The translations under genes and the position numbers were made by a program. Positions 17,907-26,423 of a stretch of 64,000 bases of DNA are shown here, in pieces (position 1 is the first letter of the stretch; each line of letters starts with the position of its first letter). The DNA is from Gemmatimonadales bacterium (GTDB lineage Bacteria > Gemmatimonadota > Gemmatimonadetes > Gemmatimonadales > GWC2-71-9): contig DASYCE010000027.1 of assembly GCA_036500345.1 (NCBI GenBank), forward strand, positions 8,855-72,854, written 5' to 3'. A model generated the notes under the pieces. It was not told the DNA's origin. It searched no databases and was given only the letters and a program-made list of their open reading frames with translations.

Positions 17907-18395
17907 TCACGATCCAATCCCGGCGAGGGTCCTGAGCGCGCCACCGGTCACGCGGAAGACCCGCCAATCATCGAGCCGCACCGCGCCGAGCGCGCGGTAG
18001 AAATCGATCGCGGGCTGGTTCCAGTCGAGCACCGCCCATTCGAAGCGCACGCAGCCCCGTTCGACCGCGAGCCGCGCGAGATACTGCAGCAGCTGCTTCC
18101 CCACGCCGCGGCCGCGATATGGCGGGCGGACAAACAGATCTTCGAGATAAAGGCCGCGCTTGCAGAGGAAGGTCGAATAGTTGTGGAAATAGAGCGCGTA
18201 TCCCGCCGCGCTGCCATCGACCTCGGCAATCACCACCTCGGCCTGTGGATGGACGCTGAAGAGCGAGTCGTGGAGATCCCGCTCGGTGGCGACGACTTCG
18301 TGCGCCAGCCGTTCGTACTCGGCGAGCTCGCGAATCAGCTGCAGGATGAGCGGAACGTCGGATTCCATCGCCCGGCGGATCGTGGCCACGCTCAC
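17907..18395 (-). CDS. GNAT N-acetyltransferase, diamine/spermidine N-acetyltransferase (SSAT)-like
   Basis: 162 aa. Acetyl-CoA motif RGRGVGKQLL. The layout LYLEDLFVRPPYRG...FEWAVLDWNQPAIDFY is typical of SSAT-type GNATs. The GTG start overlaps the DinB stop (GTGA). Confidence 0.85.
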   Translation of the reverse strand: MSVATIRRAMESDVPLILQLIRELAEYERLAHEVVATERDLHDSLFSVHPQAEVVIAEVDGSAAGYALYFHNYSTFLCKRGLYLEDLFVRPPYRGRGVGKQLLQYLARLAVERGCVRFEWAVLDWNQPAIDFYRALGAVRLDDWRVFRVTGGALRTLAGIGS

Positions 18396-18862
18396 CGTGG
18401 CGCGCCGGCTGCGGCACGCGTCAGGAGCGCGACCTGTCCAGCGTGATAGAGCGAGTGTTGCACGACGCCGTGAAGCATGACGTACCGCGTGTAATGCTTT
18501 CCCGGCACCGGTACCTCAAGATCGGGATCGGTGAGACGCCGCACGGCTGCCACGAGTTTCTCATGCATGCGATCGAGCGATGCGATCGTCGAGAGCCAAT
18601 GCTCGGAGGTCGTGTCGCGGATCGCGGGCCAGTTCTCGTCCTCGGTTGGGTCCACCTGTCCGTCAAGACGACGCCGCACCACGTCGAGCCATGTCTCGAT
18701 GTGCCCGGCGAGTTCCCAGATGCTGTGTATTCCGGGAACCGGATGCGCAGCAGCGGTGGTTGCGTCGACATCGACCAGCAGGTCGCGGAGCGGCGTGCCG
18801 TGCCAGGCGTGGCCGCAGTATCCGCGTTCGATCTGGTCGGCGATCCGCTCGATTTCGCTCAT
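18392..18862 (-). CDS. DinB family protein
   Basis: Start MSEIERIADQIERGY. The four-helix DinB pattern has conserved His residues (AGHIETW, HGVVQHSLYHAGQ). ATG 18862 overlaps the upstream stop (ATGA). The ORF-track extension to 19105 is rejected. Confidence 0.8.
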   Translation of the reverse strand: MSEIERIADQIERGYCGHAWHGTPLRDLLVDVDATTAAAHPVPGIHSIWELAGHIETWLDVVRRRLDGQVDPTEDENWPAIRDTTSEHWLSTIASLDRMHEKLVAAVRRLTDPDLEVPVPGKHYTRYVMLHGVVQHSLYHAGQVALLTRAAAGAPR

Positions 18863-21294
18863 TGCCCGGTCGTCCCGGCGGCAGCGAGCGCCGCGATGTG
18901 TTCGGGTGACCCGACGAACAAACCCTCGGGATACCGGCGGTACTGCAGGATGTTGCGATAGATCTCGTCCTGCGCGTAGACGTTGACGCCGAGACCGGCG
19001 AGATACTCGAGCCGAAGATTGCGATCGCGGTTGACCTGCGCGTCCTTGAGGTAGGGACCAAGATCCTGCGCCCGACCGGCATACGTGGCAAAGAGGTCGA
19101 CCCACGAGTTGAATCCGATCTCGCGGAGCGACTGCGCGACCTGGGCGTAGCGCGGATTGGAGAGGCGCGCATCGATCGAATCGAGATTGATGCGGGACGG
19201 CTCGACCTGCCCCATCAGTACCATGTCGTATCCCGCGCCATTGTTGGTATTTCCCCAGACGATCGCGTTGGGGAACGCCTCGAAGAATGTCGCCATTTCA
19301 CTCTTGACCGCAGGCTCGCCGCTTTCGTACAGCTGCACGAAGATCGTGACGACGCCGCCGGGATTGAGATGCTTCTTGGCGATCTCGAAAAATTCACGGC
19401 TGTAGAGCGTTGCGGCGCCCTTGACCCAGGGATCAAACGGATCGGAGGTGATGGCGTCGAACTTCTGGTTGGTGGTCAGCAGGAAATGGCGTGCGTCGTC
19501 GATCTGGACGTGGACCTTCGGGTTGTCGACGACATTGTAGTTGTGCGCGCCGAAGAACTTCGACACCACCTTCGGCACCAGCGGTTCGATCTCCGCGATC
19601 GTCTCGCTTTCCACGTCGGGAGAGATGCTCACCGCACCGGCGGTCACGCCGGCACCGCAGCCGATCACGAGGACGTTCCGCGCGTGCGCCGGGATCAGCG
19701 TCGTGAGATGGCCGAGCATCCGCTGCAGCCGCATGTCCTGCGGTTCGCTCGATGCCTGCACCTTGCCGGCGTTGTGATAGTTGAGCACCCCGTTCTGGAG
19801 CCGCGACACCGCCATCGACGAGTTCATTCCCTCGCCGGTGTAGATGAATTCTCCGGTGTTGCCGAGCCACACAGCCGAGAGTCGCCCGTATCCGATCAGC
19901 AGTCCCGACGGGCGGTCGACAAGTGCCGCGCCGCCGATCAGCATCACCGCGAGGAGTACCGCGACGGCGATCCCGTTCCTCGTGATCGTCGCGCGCTCGC
20001 CCACAGCGCGGGCCGGGAGGACCAGGAGCAACAGTGCTGCTATTCCCGCGAGCGCGATCAGCGTCCGCTGTCCCCACTGCGTTCCCTTCCACGGCAGCAG
20101 CACCAGTGCTGTCAGCACGGAGCCGACGATGCCGCCCACGGTATTCGCCGCGTACACCCGGCCAACGAGGCGCGCAGGATCTTCCGTGCCGCGCACCACC
20201 GCCGCGAGCGCCAGCGGGAACGATGCGCCCCAGAGGAGTGCCGCGGGGGTCACGACCCAGAGGCAGCGGACGAAGTCGATCTCGAAGAGCGCGGTCGGGC
20301 GGCTCGAGAGGATCGGATTGACCGGCCAGTAGGGGAGGACATTCACCGCGGAATACGCGCCGAGGGCGATGGCGATCATCAGCAGCGCCTGACAGATACC
20401 GAGGGCGCGCCGCGGATTGGGCGACGTTCTGCCGATCGAGGAGCCGACGGCCGATCCGATGCCCAGTCCGATGAGGATCGCGGCGATGATCAGCGAGAAG
20501 GTGTAGACCGTTGCGCCGAGGAGGAGCGACAGAAGGCGCGTCCAGAGGACTTCAGCGCCGAGCGCCGTCATTCCGGAGAGGGCGATGGCGAGATAGACCG
20601 GCCACCCGTCGGCGAGCCACGAATCGTTGGCAGTACCTGCGGTCGCCGGTACACTTGCGTTCTCGAACGGTGTGATGCGTGAGAGGATCAATCCGATCGC
20701 CGCCACGACGAGGTTGATCCCCGCGGCGACGAACGTGGCGTACATCACGTCGTGCTTGCTCAGGAGATCGAAGCCTGCGAGGAGGCAGCCGCAGACCGCG
20801 CCGAAGATGTTGCCGCCGTAGAAGAATCCGAGCCACGCCACACCACTCGGCGTCGTCTCGATCCAGCGGGCCACGGCCGGAAGAGTGGCGCCCATGCAGA
20901 TCGTCGGCACCAGGAGGCAGAGGGCGCAGAAGAATCCCTTGACCAGCAGCCCGGTGAATCCGGCGCCGCCGATGGCGATGTACAAGCCGCCCGCGTACGG
21001 CAGGCCGAAGAGGATCGCGACGCCGCAGACGGCGATGACCAGCTCGAGCAGCGCGTAGACGCGCAGGGGATGTTCCTCGCGCGGCATGTAGCGATGCAGC
21101 AGCAGCGACCCGATGCACATCCCACCCATGAAGGTGCCGAGGAGCACGCCGATCGAAATCGCCGACGAACCGACGATCAGCGACAGCATCTGGAACCAGA
21201 CGACTTCGTAGATCAGCGCAGCGCACCCGCTTCCGATGAAGAGCATCAGGAGGAGCGGAAGGAGCCGGGTGGAGCGCGATGAGGACACGGTCAT
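18859..21294 (-). CDS. Fused polytopic membrane (MFS-like) / spermidine synthase-like aminopropyltransferase protein
   Basis: 811 aa. The N-terminal ~480 aa hold many TM helices. The C-terminal domain has VLVIGCGAGVTAG (SAM/dcSAM-binding Gly motif) and ITSDPFDPW...LYSREFF (SpeE-like). Confidence 0.85.
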   Translation of the reverse strand: MTVSSSRSTRLLPLLLMLFIGSGCAALIYEVVWFQMLSLIVGSSAISIGVLLGTFMGGMCIGSLLLHRYMPREEHPLRVYALLELVIAVCGVAILFGLPYAGGLYIAIGGAGFTGLLVKGFFCALCLLVPTICMGATLPAVARWIETTPSGVAWLGFFYGGNIFGAVCGCLLAGFDLLSKHDVMYATFVAAGINLVVAAIGLILSRITPFENASVPATAGTANDSWLADGWPVYLAIALSGMTALGAEVLWTRLLSLLLGATVYTFSLIIAAILIGLGIGSAVGSSIGRTSPNPRRALGICQALLMIAIALGAYSAVNVLPYWPVNPILSSRPTALFEIDFVRCLWVVTPAALLWGASFPLALAAVVRGTEDPARLVGRVYAANTVGGIVGSVLTALVLLPWKGTQWGQRTLIALAGIAALLLLVLPARAVGERATITRNGIAVAVLLAVMLIGGAALVDRPSGLLIGYGRLSAVWLGNTGEFIYTGEGMNSSMAVSRLQNGVLNYHNAGKVQASSEPQDMRLQRMLGHLTTLIPAHARNVLVIGCGAGVTAGAVSISPDVESETIAEIEPLVPKVVSKFFGAHNYNVVDNPKVHVQIDDARHFLLTTNQKFDAITSDPFDPWVKGAATLYSREFFEIAKKHLNPGGVVTIFVQLYESGEPAVKSEMATFFEAFPNAIVWGNTNNGAGYDMVLMGQVEPSRINLDSIDARLSNPRYAQVAQSLREIGFNSWVDLFATYAGRAQDLGPYLKDAQVNRDRNLRLEYLAGLGVNVYAQDEIYRNILQYRRYPEGLFVGSPEHIAALAAAGTTGQ

Positions 21295-21321
21295 TCGGGT
21301 ACCGGTTGAGGGTGAACGGGT

Positions 21322-23610
21322 CTACTTCTCTTCGGCGACGTGCGGCGCCGGTTCGGCATTCCAGACGAAACGATGCAGGAAGTCGCCCATCCGCGAGAAG
21401 ATGTCGAGCCAGCGCGAATGCAGCAGCGATTCGTGGACATCGTCGGGAATGACGGTGAGATCGTAGTAGATGTCGTGGGCACGCAGGAGCTGCACCAGCC
21501 CCACCATCTGCGCGAAGTCGACATTGCGGTCGTCGTCGCCCTGCTCGAGAAAGACCGGAGACCTCCAGTGATCGATCTGCGAGATCGCCGATGAGCGGTA
21601 TGACAGTGCCGCGGTGTCGAGCGTGTTGCCGTAGAGATGCACCCCGGCCAGATCGGCGCCGGCGATGAAGATGTCGGAATTGCGGGCGAGCGCCTGCGAC
21701 GTGAGCAGACCACCGTACGACAATCCCCAGATCCCGATCCGCTTCGGGTCGACGTCGTCGCGGGTCTGCAGGTACTTGGCGCCGGCGAGCACATCCTGAT
21801 ATTCGGCGTTGCCGCGCGCTTCGGTGTTCTGCGCGCGACGGAAGGTACGACCGTAGCCGATGCCGAGGCGGTAGTTGATCGACAGGACGACGTAACCCTG
21901 CGATGCAAGCCACTGATTCACCGCATAGGCCCAGTGGTAGAACTGGAAGTAGTGGTACCCGGGCATCATCTGGCGCTGCGGTCCGCCGTGCACGAACACC
22001 ATGGTGGGACGCCGCTCCCCGCTCTTGAGATCAGCCGGCAGGAAAAGGTCGGCGTGAATTTCCAGTCCGTCGGGCGCCTTGTACGTGACGACTTGCGGCA
22101 CCACTTCGCTCGCGAGCGGGAAGTCGGTTGGCAGCGAAGTGATCACCTTGGGAATTCCGCCCGCGACCGGCACCGTCGCGATCGACGCGGGGCGCCTGGC
22201 GTCGGCGTAGATCACGGCGATGGTCTTTCCGGAAGCAAGCGCCGCAGGATAGGTCTCGATACCGTCGCCGCTGGAAACCTGGCGCGGCGGTGAGCTCCCA
22301 TCGACCGGAACCGCCCAGATATGCCGCCGTTCGATGTCGTTGGCGTTGGTGCAGTAGAAGAGCGTCGTGCCGTCGCGCGAGAAGGTCGCGGACGTGGCGT
22401 CTTCGATCAGGCCGTTGGTGGTGGTGAGGACCACCGGAGAGGGTGGTGGATTGTTGATGGAGATCGAGTAGTAACGATCCCATTCCTCGTTCTGCGGCGA
22501 GAGCGGGAAGACGAGATGATCGTTCTCCCAATGCAGACCGTTGATCGCGGTGAAGACGCGCTCGTTCGGGGCGTTGTGCCACACTTCACGAGCCTGGCCG
22601 GTGGCGACGTCCGCGACGAGCAGTTCCAGCGTGGATCCGCCGCGGAACTTCGCGACGAAGAGTCCGGGGGGCTGTCGCGCGGTACCGCTGTCACCGCCGA
22701 CGCCGCCTCGTCCGCCACGACCGCCGCCTCCGCCACCACCGCCGTTACCACGCCCGCCCGGGACGCCCTGTGGATTCGCGGCAACTCCGGCGGGGAAGCC
22801 GACGCCGCCACCGCCCGACTGCGTCTGCCGCCCGAATGGTGTGCCGGGCCGGCGGACGAAGGCGATCTCTTTTCCATCGGGTGACCACGCCGGTGAGGCA
22901 TCGAAATCGACGCTCGGCGCGAGGAACGAGACGGTCCGGGTGCGACCGTCGTAGACGCCAACCAGTGAATGATTCTGGCGCTGGCTCACGAAGGCGATCT
23001 TGCTGCCGTCGGGCGACCAGACGGGGTCCGTCTGACGACCCCATTCACGAATGAATGCCGTCCCCGCAGTATCCATCCGCGTCGTTGCCGGTGCCGGCGA
23101 GACGCGAGCGCGGTAGATCTGGGAGTCGCGCGAGAAGAGGACGTATCGCCCGTCGGGCGAGAGCTGCGGATTGCTGCCCACCGCGACACGGAAGGGAACT
23201 CCTGCACCGGGCCGAACCGCCCAGATCGCCCGCTCGGCGCCGTTGGGGTCGTGGGTCGGATCGGCGATCCATCCGGCGCGATTCGGATCGGAGCCGCGCA
23301 CGAAGACGATGGTCGATCCATCATCGGAGATCGCGACGTCGGTCAGGTCGGTCCCGTCGTCCTTGAGAAACGATGTGAGCCGCACCGGCCGGAACGCCGG
23401 GCCGACCGCGCTGTAGACATTCCGCATCCCGCGATCGTAGGTCACCCACGCGATGCGATCCGCGTGTCGCGCGGAGCGGACCTCCATCGCCTCCTGCGAC
23501 GACAGAAACTGGGCAACGGTGGGATGAGCCTGGGCGATCAGTGCGGGGGCCGCCGACGTGACGAGAGCGGCGCTGATGATCGCGCTGGAGACGCGGAACG
23601 CGCGGAACAT
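21322..23610 (-). CDS. S9 family serine peptidase with a TolB-like beta-propeller, secreted
   Basis: Signal peptide MFRAFRVSSAIISAALVTSAAPALIAQA. Propeller repeats (SPDG...). Catalytic GLSYGG, with downstream D and H. Contains a GGRGNGGGGGGGGRGGRGGVGG insert. The ORF-track extension to 23790 is rejected. Confidence 0.85.
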   Translation of the reverse strand: MFRAFRVSSAIISAALVTSAAPALIAQAHPTVAQFLSSQEAMEVRSARHADRIAWVTYDRGMRNVYSAVGPAFRPVRLTSFLKDDGTDLTDVAISDDGSTIVFVRGSDPNRAGWIADPTHDPNGAERAIWAVRPGAGVPFRVAVGSNPQLSPDGRYVLFSRDSQIYRARVSPAPATTRMDTAGTAFIREWGRQTDPVWSPDGSKIAFVSQRQNHSLVGVYDGRTRTVSFLAPSVDFDASPAWSPDGKEIAFVRRPGTPFGRQTQSGGGGVGFPAGVAANPQGVPGGRGNGGGGGGGGRGGRGGVGGDSGTARQPPGLFVAKFRGGSTLELLVADVATGQAREVWHNAPNERVFTAINGLHWENDHLVFPLSPQNEEWDRYYSISINNPPPSPVVLTTTNGLIEDATSATFSRDGTTLFYCTNANDIERRHIWAVPVDGSSPPRQVSSGDGIETYPAALASGKTIAVIYADARRPASIATVPVAGGIPKVITSLPTDFPLASEVVPQVVTYKAPDGLEIHADLFLPADLKSGERRPTMVFVHGGPQRQMMPGYHYFQFYHWAYAVNQWLASQGYVVLSINYRLGIGYGRTFRRAQNTEARGNAEYQDVLAGAKYLQTRDDVDPKRIGIWGLSYGGLLTSQALARNSDIFIAGADLAGVHLYGNTLDTAALSYRSSAISQIDHWRSPVFLEQGDDDRNVDFAQMVGLVQLLRAHDIYYDLTVIPDDVHESLLHSRWLDIFSRMGDFLHRFVWNAEPAPHVAEEK

Positions 23611-23729
23611 GATGCCTCTGGGTCGGGTGGCGCGCCCGGGGCAGCGGCCCGGCGCGGAGGATAATCGTAACGCCGTCTGCGATACGCCGCTGGTCTGCGG
23701 CGGGGCCAAGAACCGATCTGCAACGCCCG

Positions 23730-24860
23730 CTAGAAGTGGTCGGGCTCGTTTCCGTCGTCGGCGCGATCTTCGGAGGGCCGAAGCTTCCATGGCGCCGACT
23801 GCCAGTTGTCCGGGCGCTGCTCGTCGCGGATCCAGACCGGGAGCGGAATCGCCAGGTGCCGCGACAGGGCCAGGACATATGGTTCATACATCCGCCGCAG
23901 CGCCGTCAGCTGATTACCGGTCTTCCGATCGCGAAATGTCATCCCCGCATTGCCGAGCTGCTCGATCATCTTGGCAAACTGGTTCCCGTCGAGGCGCTCG
24001 GCGAGTTCCATCGGTTGCGGCGCCGAGAAGACCTGCGCCAGGTCGACGACCGCATGCCGCGCCATCGCGAAGGTGAGTTGTGCCTGCCGCATGCACCAGC
24101 CATCGAAGCCGATCATCACCAGCGCGCTGGTGTCGAGCATCGTGGTGAGGGCAGCGAGCCACGATTGATTGCCGTGCTGCGACCGGAAGTACGCCAGGAC
24201 GGGATACGACAGATGGCTCTCGAGCACTTCGGCCGACCATCGCTCCCATTCTGCGAGGAGTCGGGCGAGATCGGCGTGATCGACGTCGCTCTTCTGGCGC
24301 AACAGCAATTCGGTGGCGCACGGCGGGGAGCCGGCGCGCGCATCGAGCATCGAGATGGCGATCTCTCGCTTGGAGAACGCCTGGTAGATCACCGGGAGAT
24401 ATCCGATGATGATGGCGAGAAACGCGAACCCGATCCCCGATTCGCAGACCGTGATGAATTTCGCCACGGCCACGCGCGGAACGACGTCGCCCATGCCGAG
24501 GGTGAAAAAGGTCGTGCCGCTCAGGTACAGATCGTCGAAGAACCCCGGCGCGTGACCGTCGGTGCGGATCGCCGAGCCGAAGCTCCAATGCAGCATCCCG
24601 AATGCGAATACGATGGCGAAGGCCCAGATCGACAGCAGGACGAGGAGCGAGAGCGGTCCATACCAGCTGAGGGAATTCTCGCGAAACTTGGGCGGGAAGC
24701 GCTCGGCACCCAACCGCCACGGACCCCACGTGGTCCGGTAGAAGAAGGATGTGAGCCGGAACTTCCGGCTGACACGCCTCGGGAGAATGATGGTTTCAAA
24801 GGCATCGCGGAGGGTGGCGACCAGGAGCGCAAAGCCTGCGATTGCGACGATGACGTGCAT
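23730..24860 (-). CDS. Ion-channel family protein (2TM/pore-loop K-channel-like) with a ~200-aa cytoplasmic C-terminal domain
   Basis: The pore-loop region LSGTTFFTLGMGDVVP sits between TM helices (LVLLSIWAFAIVFAF and GIGFAFLAIIIGYLPVI). The filter reads TLGMGD rather than the canonical T[VI]GYGD. Confidence 0.65.
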   Translation of the reverse strand: MHVIVAIAGFALLVATLRDAFETIILPRRVSRKFRLTSFFYRTTWGPWRLGAERFPPKFRENSLSWYGPLSLLVLLSIWAFAIVFAFGMLHWSFGSAIRTDGHAPGFFDDLYLSGTTFFTLGMGDVVPRVAVAKFITVCESGIGFAFLAIIIGYLPVIYQAFSKREIAISMLDARAGSPPCATELLLRQKSDVDHADLARLLAEWERWSAEVLESHLSYPVLAYFRSQHGNQSWLAALTTMLDTSALVMIGFDGWCMRQAQLTFAMARHAVVDLAQVFSAPQPMELAERLDGNQFAKMIEQLGNAGMTFRDRKTGNQLTALRRMYEPYVLALSRHLAIPLPVWIRDEQRPDNWQSAPWKLRPSEDRADDGNEPDHF

Positions 24861-24973
24861 TCAGATCGATACCCGCTCGAGCGAAAAGGCGCAACGTCGC
24901 GGCGTGAACCCGGTCAGCCGGCCGTGACGTGCGCCCCTCGCCGCGAGTCAGTTGGAATGAGCGGTGGAAGCTC

Positions 24974-25255
24974 CTAGTGCTTCCGCCGCGCCCGGGCCAT
25001 CGCTACTCCGGCGGCGGTCGCCGCCGCCACACCGGCCACGGTTGCTGCCACCTTCACCCGTTTGGCTTTCTTCGCCTTGACGGACTTGCTGTTCCTGAGC
25101 CCTTCGGCGACTTCGAGGGCCACTACGGCAGCGGCGGCACGGACGCCAGCCTTCGCCGCCGCCCGTGCCGCCGTCTTCGCCACCTTCTTCACATGTTCAG
25201 CGTTCTTGCGATTCCGCTCGAACGCCGATTTCGCGGTCTCTCTCATCGTGGTCAT
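24974..25255 (-). CDS. Small Lys/Ala-rich protein with a C-terminal hydrophobic segment (tail-anchor-like)
   Basis: 93 aa. Strong GGAGG SD 4 nt upstream of the ATG. GC3-rich frame. C-terminus VAATVAGVAAATAAGVAMARARRKH. Confidence 0.55.
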   Translation of the reverse strand: MTTMRETAKSAFERNRKNAEHVKKVAKTAARAAAKAGVRAAAAVVALEVAEGLRNSKSVKAKKAKRVKVAATVAGVAAATAAGVAMARARRKH

Positions 25256-25341
25256 CGTTCCTCCCGAGCGAATGGTCGGCGCTGTCCTGCGCGCGCCCCT
25301 TACCCATCGGAGACGATGCCCTCGCGAGCAGCGACACTGTT

Positions 25342-26025
25342 CTAGTGCTTCAGCGCCCAGTCATCGATGTGGACGTCGATGTTGTGGTTGATACGGATCC
25401 CGGCCTGCCCGCTGGTCGAGGCCCCGTCGAGCTGACTCTTCGCGATCGCCTTGACCAGCTTGCCGTTGATCAGGAAATGGACCGTGTCCTTGGCGACATG
25501 GATCATCAGCGTGTTGGTGGCGCTGCCATCGGTCGGTGAGTCGCGGTTGATCGCCGCTTCCGGTGCTGCAGCGTTCTCCGGAACGATCGCTGTGTTCTTC
25601 GAGCCGTTGCGATGGGAGATCAGCATCGATCCGTCAAACGGCTTGATGGCGAGGTAGAGATAGTTCTGCGTCGAGTCCTGCAGGTTGGAGCCGCCGATGA
25701 AGATGCCGAACGCTTCATGCTGCAGACTCTTCGACTGCTTGAACGTTGCGGAAACGCTATACTGGCCGCTGCCGACATCCTTGGTGTTGTAGTAGATCGC
25801 CGCCGGTCCGCTGGTCACGTGGTAGCCGCTCCCCATCGTGACGAACGAGACCGCCGTCGGCGCCGGCATCGGCCGATTGCCGCGGGGCGGATCGAAGCGC
25901 ATCATCCACCCGGCGGGGAGCTTGCCGCTGCCCTGGATGGCGTTGGTCGGATCGCCGCGCTGGGCGGACAACGTTCCCACCGCCGCCAAGGTCACCAGCG
26001 CCACTGCTTTGAAGGTCTTCACCAT
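25342..26025 (-). CDS. Secreted ConA-like lectin/glucanase-fold protein (DUF1080-like)
   Basis: Signal peptide MVKTFKAVALVTLAAVGTLSAQ. The C-terminus ...GQAGIRINHNIDVHIDDWALKH resembles the DUF1080 (3-keto-disaccharide hydrolase-like) family. The family assignment is tentative. Confidence 0.6.
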   Translation of the reverse strand: MVKTFKAVALVTLAAVGTLSAQRGDPTNAIQGSGKLPAGWMMRFDPPRGNRPMPAPTAVSFVTMGSGYHVTSGPAAIYYNTKDVGSGQYSVSATFKQSKSLQHEAFGIFIGGSNLQDSTQNYLYLAIKPFDGSMLISHRNGSKNTAIVPENAAAPEAAINRDSPTDGSATNTLMIHVAKDTVHFLINGKLVKAIAKSQLDGASTSGQAGIRINHNIDVHIDDWALKH

Positions 26026-26064
26026 CGGACTGATCCTCCTGAGTTGGTCAACGTGAGCGGTGGT

Positions 26065-26310
26065 TCATTCCGCCGCGGCGCCGAGATTCTCCTCGAGCCA
26101 CGCAACGAGACAGCGATCGACATCGTCGGGAGCCTGACTGGGATGCTGCAGCATCACCGGCCAGCGCCGCCCGGGTCCCATGAGGAACCAGGTCGGTTCA
26201 ACAGCGGGCTCCTCGCGCCGCGGATTGGCCGGGTGTCCCTCGTACGAGACGAAATGGAAGACCCGCCCCCGAAGCGTCAGGTGCCGCTGTTCGACCTTGT
26301 AGCTGGTCAT
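26065..26310 (-). CDS. Hypothetical small protein (81 aa)
   Basis: GAGG SD 4 nt upstream. GC3-rich frame. No recognisable motif. Confidence 0.45.
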   Translation of the reverse strand: MTSYKVEQRHLTLRGRVFHFVSYEGHPANPRREEPAVEPTWFLMGPGRRWPVMLQHPSQAPDDVDRCLVAWLEENLGAAAE

Positions 26311-26423
26311 GAAACCTCGCAGATCCGGGGGTAGAGGCGGCCGAAAGCACGACGCGACAAATCTACCCCGCCGGGTCCGGCATGGCGCATCATCAGATCA
26401 GAACGGCGTTCGATTGGAGCGGG

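Noticed and set aside
20552-21913. 453-aa ORF bridging the spermidine-synthase-like and S9 peptidase genes
   Set aside because: It is an alternative frame of two well-supported genes, extremely Arg-rich, and crosses a real intergenic stop/start junction.
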